64,000 bases of DNA, from positions 16,492,001 through 16,556,000 of the forward strand of contig CM022679.1 in assembly GCA_012295275.1 (NCBI GenBank). The letters run 5' to 3'. The notes below the pieces were generated by a model. That model was not told where the DNA came from. It saw nothing but the letters and a program-made list of their open reading frames with translations, and searched no databases. Every line of letters starts with the position of its first letter. Position 1 is the first letter of the stretch. Below are positions 55,322 to 64,000 of this stretch, piece by piece. The position numbers and the translations under genes are program-made. The DNA is from Chrysomallon squamiferum (taxonomy: Eukaryota; Animalia; Mollusca).

Positions 55322-55471
55322 AATAAAATAAAATAAAATACACTATTCGTTAAAATATGTAAACTACATAATTTGCATTTATTTCTTTATCTATTAGGCT
55401 TTGTTTTATTTTATTTTATTTTCCCATATTTCATAAATTTAATCTATTATTTTTTATGCTGTATTTTGCAG

Positions 55472-55586
55472 GTTTTGTCTGTGTTTTTTCTGTTATCTTG
55501 CGAGTACTGTTCCAGCCATTGTAATGTTAGAGCTTGATAAACAGAGCAAAAACACAACTGTGGACTGCAATAGCGTAAACGTTTAT
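55472..55586 (+). CDS. TMEM26: TMEM26-like paralog B, exon 2
   Basis: Acceptor tattttgcag. FCLCFFCYLASTVPAIVMLELDKQSKNTTVDCNSVNVY. Donor TAT|GTAAGT. Confidence 0.88.
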
Positions 55587-55790
55587 GTAAGTAAATACAA
55601 CAGTAATAATAATAATAATAATAATAACAACAACAACAACAACAACAACAAAAACAAAAACAAAAAAAACACCAACGGTGACGACGATGAGGAAGAGAAC
55701 GAGCAGGAAGATGAAGATAGATGACAACGATGTTTTTGCCCTTTCATAGTATTTTTGGAAAGTGTCATTTTGTTAGATTTTGCATCGGTT

Positions 55791-55990
55791 TGTATGTATG
55801 TATGTACGTACGTATTATGTACGTACGTATGTATGTATGTATGTATGTATGTATTTATGTATGTATGTGTGTATGCATGCATGTATGTATGTATGTTTGT
55901 ATGTATGTATATATGTATGTATGTATGTATGTACGTATGTATGTATGTATCTATTTATCTATCTTTATATGTATGTATGTATGTGTATGT
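55791..55990. repeat. (TATG)n imperfect microsatellite in TMEM26-B intron 2
   Basis: Direct reading. Confidence 0.93.
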
Positions 55991-56737
55991 ACGTGCGTCT
56001 ATGTTTGAGTTTATTTATGTATATATTTCTACGTATAGCTGTGTATATGTGTGCTTGTGTATATATTCTTACGAGTTCTATTTTAAAAGAAATAAAAAGT
56101 ATTGTTTAGAGATTTCTCTCACGAGTCCCCAGCAGGTCGAAGACGTGTTATTACGTGCTTCATTATTCCTTACCCATAACCACGAATTTTATGCCAAAAT
56201 GTTTGAATCAGAGAGAAAATAAAAATATCGAGCAGCATTATGCAGAGTAATGTTACGTCAAACGACACAAAATTAGAATGTAACCAAATAAAAATATTCA
56301 ACGGAATTTGTGGACATCTCTCTTCAGATTTATCGTTGGAGTAAAGTGCTGTTGGAAGATATCCGATATAGCTAAAAATCTGATATCCTCATAACGGTAT
56401 TTCTATACTGTTGTAGTGCGAATATCTATATATATCTATATATTTATCTATCTGTCTATCTATCAACATACACACACACGCACACACACACACACACACA
56501 CGCACATAAAACAACGGAGAACAGGCTCATCTAAATAATGCAAAAAATATTACTATTTCTTGGTATGCTTGTTTGTGGATATATCTGTGTGCTTGTATAT
56601 ATGTTTATGTCTGTATGTGTGTATATAATATATGTTTCAGTATGCGTACACGTAAGTAACGAATGCAGAAGTGTTTGTCTCTGTACGCGGATGTTAAAAA
56701 TACGTGTTTATACTTACGTTTTGTAATGTATGTTTAG

Positions 56738-57454
56738 GTCAAAGGAGGACGTATTTCCCCAAATATTTTGTCGTCTGGAATTCAACAACTCATGTTGTTT
56801 TTAATGGTGCTAGGACGTCTGTTGATGCCAAGAGGGAAACTATCACGTGACCAGTTATCTCAACTATTGTTCGTCTATATCGGTATGGCTTCCGACAACT
56901 CAGATCTATTTCAGTTGTTCAGTGAAACCGCCATCAAAAACGACAAAGAGCTGAGGAACGGCATCTTCATCGTTTGGATTCTCAGTTTGTTGCTCTTTAC
57001 GATAGTTCTCACAGCATCGAAAAGTCCAAAGAAGAATCGAGTGGCGTCAGGAAATACCGACGAAAATGCAGAAGTTCTTAGTCATTCGCTTATAAACAGA
57101 TTCTTCGAAACTGAAATCTGGAGCATTCTGTTAACTTTCCTCTTTCAAGATGGGCCATATCTGGTCGTGCGTATTGTGGCGATAGCACGCTACAACCCGA
57201 ACAACTACACACTATACTTCTTTACGTGTAAAAATATCTTCGTGGTCATTCTGCTTCTCTACAGGTTATGTGTCCTGTACATGCCTGAGAGACCAACACC
57301 TACAGGGGATGAACCAGAAGCGCCCAATCAGAGTGATTCGACGAACACGATAAGTACAGAAATGTCAACATGTCAGTGTCACGAGCATCATCAACAGCAA
57401 CGTCGTCATCAGTTCGCTTCTTCGCATACCAGCGTAGACATTGAGAAAATGTAA
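56738..57454 (+). CDS. TMEM26: TMEM26-like paralog B, exon 3
   Basis: Acceptor tgtttag. RLLMPRGKLSRDQLSQLL, ETEIWSILLTFLFQDGPYLVVR and FFTCKNIFVVILLLYRL. Stop at 57452-57454. Confidence 0.93.
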   Translation, partial: VKGGRISPNILSSGIQQLMLFLMVLGRLLMPRGKLSRDQLSQLLFVYIGMASDNSDLFQLFSETAIKNDKELRNGIFIVWILSLLLFTIVLTASKSPKKNRVASGNTDENAEVLSHSLINRFFETEIWSILLTFLFQDGPYLVVRIVAIARYNPNNYTLYFFTCKNIFVVILLLYRLCVLYMPERPTPTGDEPEAPNQSDSTNTISTEMSTCQCHEHHQQQRRHQFASSHTSVDIEKM

Positions 57455-60138
57455 TCTTCTACTTTAGGTCTGCGATAAATTTTTCTGAACATTTTGCTAC
57501 GATTAGTCGTTTTGGTATATCAAATATAAAATTATCACAAACATCATAAGAAAATGTTAGCTTGTCAAATCAACCAGTTTCTTCTTCCCACCTCATTGTT
57601 TGTACACTATGACTATTTATCAATAAAAAGGTTTTCTTTCTTACTTTTTTTTTTTTTTTTTATATTAATTTTCTTTCTGAATTAAGCTTTGAATCAAAAT
57701 TAATTTTTTTAAAAGTTGACCGGATAATCATCAAAGATTTGCAAAGATGTCGACAAGAATGAAGCAATGTTTTTGATTTGACAAGTCAGTTTCGGCTGAG
57801 ACATGGTTTATAACATTTTAAGTTTGAACTAAAAGAAAAGCGACAAATCGCAACAAAATATTTACCAAAACTTATGCTGACAAATCACAGGCACAAAATT
57901 GCAGGATTAGTAAAAGAAAGATAGCATTTTCAAATCTAGACGAATCTTAGCAAAATATTTAGAAATAGTAGTGAAGCTTAATTTATTTCCACCGTTTATA
58001 TATGTTTTTTATTTTATCATGGTTCCCACCCACATTGATTTAATTTCACACCTAAAGTTTTCCCTGCTGATCTAAAGTAAAACCATAGTTATTTAATAAT
58101 TTGGTTTATGGATCCACCAAACCGATTTTACTTATTTTGGAAAATAGAAATAATTTGTTTAATTAGTTCTATTTTTATTCTGACCCCAGTGTACTGGTCT
58201 TTATAACATTATATAATAGATTGTAGAGAAACAAACATATAGGGGAAATTTAATAAAATACCAATACTGTTTTACATTTTGGTAATATAGATCTAATTAT
58301 TTCTAACTCTGTGACTTACATCACCAATGAGTGAAGTAAAATAATTCTCATCTAAGATTAATCCCGTTTGAGAACTGCACTACTTGAATACAATGCCTAC
58401 AGAGTAACCGGTATAACAGAGTAACCGGTATAACAGAGTATGCGGTTTATAACTTGAAACAAATTGTAAAGTATATACCATCTGTTGAAGTTTGAGATAG
58501 TTTCTCCAGACACAGTAAAACTTGTATAGGTTTATTGACTGCCTGTATCCAGTGGTCCAAGTGTCTGGATACTCGCAGTTACCCACAGAGCTTATTACGT
58601 AATCCCACTTGATCTAACACGCTTTTATAATCCCCCAAGGTTAAAATGAACTCTCCCAATTCCCCCAATACTCCAGTAACCTATTACTTAATTCCCATTT
58701 GGTAAAATAATATTTTAATCACAACTGAACATTTTAAACCTTTGTAACAACTAAGCAGGCAATAACCCTGATTACAAATCGATACACAAAACTGGATTAC
58801 CTTACACTTAAAATCGATTCATAAAACTCAAATTATGGTGCTAAATAAATCTGTAGTGTATGTGTGTTCGGAGGTAATTTAAATGAAAAAAGAAATACAA
58901 CATATATAATAACGAATTTATTTGATAGATGCAGCAGAATTATATCTTCTTTTTACCAAATTGAATCTTTTTATATAATGTACCTGTTGATCTTTGATTT
59001 AAACACTAAATGAACTGGACTGAAAACTCTGATATATTCTAAAAACCTTTTTAATCACATTTCTACCTTTATTAGAAAAGCGATTAGTGTATGTTTTGTG
59101 AATATCAGCAAGATTATTCAACTTTATTTATTTATTGTTTTAATTTTACAATGTCTAAGTATACATTCGTGTAATTATAGATCTAGAATTATTATTTATG
59201 TGTTACTTTGCTTTAACATTTCTATATATTTATATTAAATGTTCCGGTATCAGTGTTTTCAATAATTCTTTATACATGAATTTATTATTTATATTTGTGA
59301 AAGAGCTATCATCAGTAATAACAAACTATGACGACAAAATAAAACTGTTACAAAACGTCCGAACGCAGCCATTTTATTCTTCCCAGATTGAATTGTGACG
59401 TTTTCCAAAATTAAAGACTAATTTTATCTGTTTATCTACTATGCGATATTGGTGAATTAATTTTGAGAAACAAATTTTAGAGTTAATGTGTTAGTATCAA
59501 CAATTGACTATACTATCACGTACACATCAAGCGCGCACACACACACATAAAAATTTAATATTTTGAAACATTTTTTTTTCATTAACGTGTACTTGAATGT
59601 ATACATTAAAACACTGGTTTATTATTCTTCCTTTAACAATTTGAAAATTAGAATATCATGACATGTAACAATAATAATAATAATAATAAGAAGAAGAAGA
59701 AAAAGAAGAAGAAGAAGAAAAGAAGAAGAGAACAAAAACAACAAATTTGTAGGACTGTATGGTATTTTCTGACAACTCTAGAAGGAACTTTCGAAGTAAT
59801 CGATACACCATGTAGGCGATTTACCATGTAGGAACAAAATAATAGCGGTGCCTAGATATTTTAAATCTTCACTCTTCTTATTGATTAACATTTGCCGCCA
59901 AGTAGGCATTAAAACAAATACCTCCAGTGTGCAGAATGTATTTAGATTATTTCTATTATTCGCCTAAGGTAAAAGCCAAATAATTATTTAGTTCTACATG
60001 TATAAGTAACTTTGTAAAAACGTAGTTGCTTTATTAATATTTTACCTCTCTAACATTAGAACTATTAATATCAGTTTTGACAACTGTTTTGTTTTAATCC
60101 ATTGCATTGTGTTAAAATGTGAAGACGTTTGTGTGTAT

Positions 60139-60142
<4 letters not shown>

Positions 60143-60215
<73 letters not shown>
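60143..60215. repeat. (GA)n microsatellite
   Basis: Direct reading. Confidence 0.97.
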
Positions 60216-60218
<3 letters not shown>

Positions 60219-60503
60219 TTCCATGGACTTGTCATCCATAAGCAGCAGCGATATTTAGACAGGAAAACTGCCGTCCTTAAATATGTCACGTGATTACAGG
60301 TTGCAACGGAAATAGGCAACTTTGGATATGTGGTCACACCTGCCAGCTTTCGACTTTTGAGGAGTAATTTTCGTTAAAAATAAAAATAATTCAATTTGTC
60401 TGTCCTTCCAGTGTTGTGTTTCTATAGTTACTGCCCACGATTCATTAGTGAAAAGCTTGATATGTAATGAATGTAATGAAGATCACTTACTACTTGTTTA
60501 AAA

Positions 60504-60542
<39 letters not shown>

Positions 60543-60763
60543 AAGCAGTTGATATGGGAATTGTGTCCTTCTGTCAGTATTGCATATTCCTTAGCAATAT
60601 GTTTGATGCCGTAACTCTAACTGTAGATTAAATACGTTATATGAATACTTACATGAAATATTGCTTTTTTTTTTCTAAGTCATAGAATGCATTCAAGTAA
60701 CTTACAGCTGTTTATTTTATTTATTTATTTATTTTATTCATATAACAGGCTAATAAAAATAAT

Positions 60764-60794
<31 letters not shown>

Positions 60795-61117
60795 ATTTGT
60801 TAGTTTGTTACATACATACATACATACACACATAGTTTGATTTAGGGCAAAAAAATAACCACTCCCCGGAATTCATATAGTTATGACGTCATTACATACA
60901 ATAATAGCAGTAGTGTAATGGTAGCAGTAGCGGTAGCAGTAGTAGTAATTAGAAAAATTAAATTTTAAATTACAGCAGAGTAAATCAGTTCAGTATTATT
61001 TTGGCACAGTCTTTCAAAGATGTTTCATTGATTATCTGTAAAATGCAAAAAAATTAGCAATACGATGATTTACATTATAATTTTCATTCAAAGCAAGTCT
61101 GTTATGTACATTAGGGT

Positions 61118-61150
<33 letters not shown>

Positions 61151-61377
61151 TCAAACACTTCAGAATTGGTGTGTATAATTTACAATCTGCATCGTAGAAA
61201 TGTTACATGTGAATAATTTAAAATCTTGTGATTTCAATGTTTTTAGGTCTTCCTGCTTTGAAACTTTTCTTCCTCTGAGGTTGGTAAAAACTCCGTATGA
61301 CAAAGATCTGAGACTGAAGGTACCGAACAGAGATAAAAACAAACGAACACCACTAAAACAAATAAATAAATAAACGT

Positions 61378-61911
61378 TTATGATATTTTTGAGAAATTTG
61401 CATAAGATAAGCTTCCGGCTTCGGAATTATCCGACGACGGTGGTTCCTCTTTCACCAGCAGTGCGAACAGCCTGTACATGAGCAATATGGTAAAGAATAT
61501 ATTCTTCATAACGAAAAACACGATGTTGTACGTTATCACTTTGTACCATACCAAAATATATACACGCAAACACAGATAGGGGAAATCCTGCAGGATAAAA
61601 TAATGGAGAGTGCTCGAGATTTGCTGGTACGGCGTGTTGGCCGCCGTCAGGACGACTGCGAACAGAAGCATGCTGAAGCACCACACGACAAGGATGGCGA
61701 CTGTGAGCGATCGGTCCTCTCGCACCGGCTTCTCGTTGAAGAGGACAAACAGCTCAGACACGTCGGAAGCCGTGGTGATGTTGACAAGAAGAAGCTGCGA
61801 CAACTGGTCGCGAGTTAGCTTGCCTCGTGGTAGCATCAGTCGAGCGAGTATCATGACAAACAGCATCACTTGTTCGATTAGCGTCACCCACAGATCAGGC
61901 TTCAGTTCTAT
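61378..61911 (-). CDS. TMEM26: TMEM26-like paralog C, exon 3
   Basis: Acceptor ctctgttgcag. RLMLPRGKLTRDQLSQLL, ILQDFPYLCLRV and FFVMKNIFFTILLMYRL. Open frame to the stop. Confidence 0.92.
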   Translation of the reverse strand: MELKPDLWVTLIEQVMLFVMILARLMLPRGKLTRDQLSQLLLVNITTASDVSELFVLFNEKPVREDRSLTVAILVVWCFSMLLFAVVLTAANTPYQQISSTLHYFILQDFPYLCLRVYILVWYKVITYNIVFFVMKNIFFTILLMYRLFALLVKEEPPSSDNSEAGSLSYANFSKIS

Positions 61912-62098
61912 CTGCAACAGAGATCATCACAGAGTTTGTGAGAATGAATACAATCCCAACAGTCATTTCAATGAGAGGATGAATATATCAATATTATGCT
62001 GTTAACAGTTAAAACATTTTAATTGCATGTTTTATTTATTCATTTATTTGTATTTCATTCTATTTTATTCATTTTTTTATTATTTATCTATTTATTTT

Positions 62099-62144
<46 letters not shown>

Positions 62145-62364
62145 AGTAGTAGTAGTTGTACTAAACTCTTTTTTCTTTCTTTATTGTATTTTTTTTTTTT
62201 TTTTTTTATTATGAAACAGTCTGATTACTCAACCATTGGTTAAACAAATGAGTACGGAAGAAGTAAATAGTTGGCTACAGATGCGAGGTAGGAATGCTGC
62301 CTGCTAAAAGAAATTTCCATGTGTTGAAATTTTTAATATTAATTAGTTAAATGATTTAAAATAT

Positions 62365-62370
<6 letters not shown>

Positions 62371-62436
<66 letters not shown>
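62371..62436. repeat. (CT)n microsatellite just after the TMEM26-C exon 2 donor
   Basis: Direct reading. Confidence 0.97.
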
Positions 62437-62439
<3 letters not shown>

Positions 62440-62450
62440 CTGGTGTTTAC

Positions 62451-62580
62451 CGCCGGTTCTGCGACGCCCTTTCCCTCCTTGTTGTGATATGCTAAGTTGT
62501 ACTGATTAAGTCTGTCCATCTCCAAAAGGCAGATAGCAGGAACTGTGCTCAGAATGTAACACAGCAGACAGAAAGAGAAT
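62451..62580 (-). CDS. TMEM26: TMEM26-like paralog C, exon 2
   Basis: Acceptor aattgcag. (R)FSFCLLCYILSTVPAICLLEMDRLNQYNLAYHNKEGKGVAEPA. Donor GCG|GTAAAC. Confidence 0.87.
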
Positions 62581-62779
62581 CTGCAATTACATTTTTTTTT
62601 ACACCATTATTGTTTTTTTTTTATCAAGTAGATAGATAGATAGACAGACAGATGGATAGATAGAAATATATAAACTAAATAATAATAATAATAATAATAA
62701 TAATAATTTTTTTCCTCATAATTATTATAAACATCGAGTTGAAAAGAAAAGAAAATTATATACTAATATGCAGACTTAC

Positions 62780-63000
62780 CTTTTATTTTCAACCCCTTTT
62801 AATGAGACGATTGTGTAAGCCCCTTCTGTGACTTGCATCAAAATAAGCATCAGAAATAAGTAGACGGGTGATTCTAAATAAGTAGCCAAAACTCGCCAGT
62901 AAGCCATTACAGTATGAGTCATCAGCATCATGCGAACAATCACAGCCATTGTGATATTCATACAAGCTTTATTGCTTGGAATTTTTATCGATAATGGCAT
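62780..63000 (-). CDS. TMEM26: TMEM26-like paralog C, exon 1 of 3
   Basis: AVIVRMMLMTHTVMAYWRV...LKGVENK. Donor AG|GTAAGT (phase 2) at the same position as in A and B. Confidence 0.88.
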
Positions 63001-64000
63001 TGTTTCGTTAATTTCTTTAATATACTTATATATAAATATTTACAAATAAATTGTTTTAAGCATCTATTATTATTACAGCTCAGTGCTCTTGAATATGCTT
63101 CTACAAAAGTCTTTAGAAAGATACTGTCACAGACTGTCATAATAATCGTCTGTCGGTGGAAATCTGTTATTAAAATAATAATAATAATAAACAGAATAAG
63201 AAAAAATAGAAGCGCTCAAGTTATTATTATCTTTGCTAAAAAGTCTATATATTGACGTCAAAGTAGAGGACATGACGTATTACCCATCACAAGACTATTT
63301 AGTTTATAAAGCAGAAAGTATTTACGAAAACAGTTATTATCAGACAAGGGAAGAAAAACAGTGGAATTGAAGCTTAAAGCAATTTCATAACCAACCGCTC
63401 ATCCTCACAGAGACATTACCAAAGCATGTTTTCCGCCGAGCCGCGAGTCATATTTATCATTATATAGCCTTTACTAGCAATAAGTAGCATGGACCAACAG
63501 GAACGATAACTCGTAAAGTCACAAATTACGTCACCGATTCAGTGGGTACAAACTACACCTGAATATTCTTTCCTGTTGGGTTCTGATATGGAGAACATTG
63601 CCAACTAGAAACGTTAACACATTAATCTTATAATAAATTATAATTTTAGTTTATTATGCACGCATTTGCACAAAAATAATCCAGTTGGAAATATTTTATT
63701 ATGGTAAAAAAGTAGTTAGAAAAGGCGCAGGACATCATGGTTTGGTAATATGAACAACCATCCTTATCTTTATCACTGTAAATCATAAAAGGTTCAGAAA
63801 ATAGACGTAAAATAGTTGAATTTGGAAGTTTAAAAACCCGATCAGACGGTTACCGAGCGCTCACGGAAACTTCCGACTGAAATCCAAGAGCGCAACGTAA
63901 ACGCCAGTCAGTATTTACAAACTTTTAAATGTGTATTCCTTCATAAACAACAAATTAATCGCTGTTACGTAGTAACAATTTTGTTTTGATACATAGCGAC

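Noticed and set aside
55587-55724. Asn-rich/acidic read-through of TMEM26-B exon 2
   Set aside because: A consensus GTAAGT donor at 55587 gives an in-phase join to exon 3. The extension is intronic microsatellite.
61427-62005. Overlapping ORFs of 85, 71 and 131 aa across TMEM26-C exon 3
   Set aside because: Alternate-frame or antisense shadows of a GC-richer coding exon.

Overview
AT-rich, microsatellite-laden animal genomic DNA with spliceosomal introns. Repeat content suggests an invertebrate, probably a gastropod mollusc (inference). It is not prokaryotic, and I found no CRISPR array, rRNA or intact tRNA gene. Five spliced genes were reconstructed by hand with consistent GT-AG sites and phases: (1) NDNF/nord homolog, + strand, join(14571..14782,17092..17216,17983..19322), 558 aa; (2) LAMTOR3/MP1, + strand, join(36105..36113,37562..37596,38282..38340,40629..40762,41658..41721,42136..42209), 124 aa, entirely missed by the ORF track; (3-5) a local cluster of three divergent TMEM26-family paralogs: A + join(45969..46165,49083..49224,49386..49707,50149..50621) 377 aa, B + join(52065..52297,55472..55586,56738..57454) 354 aa, and C - complement(join(61378..61911,62451..62580,62780..63000)) 294 aa. 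Mobile relics include a deleted pogo/Tigger element, a Tc1/mariner-type MITE, a decayed MULE transposase next to a 1.45-kb 31-bp satellite, an RTE-type LINE fragment and tRNA-derived SINE remnants. The best candidate for undescribed biology is the diversifying TMEM26 cluster, whose copies differ in intron content, loop length and conserved motif residues. Other notable signals are a CpG-depleted LAMTOR3 domain, satellite higher-order structure, and possible antisense non-coding exons. All homology calls come from recalled family sequences, not from database searches.
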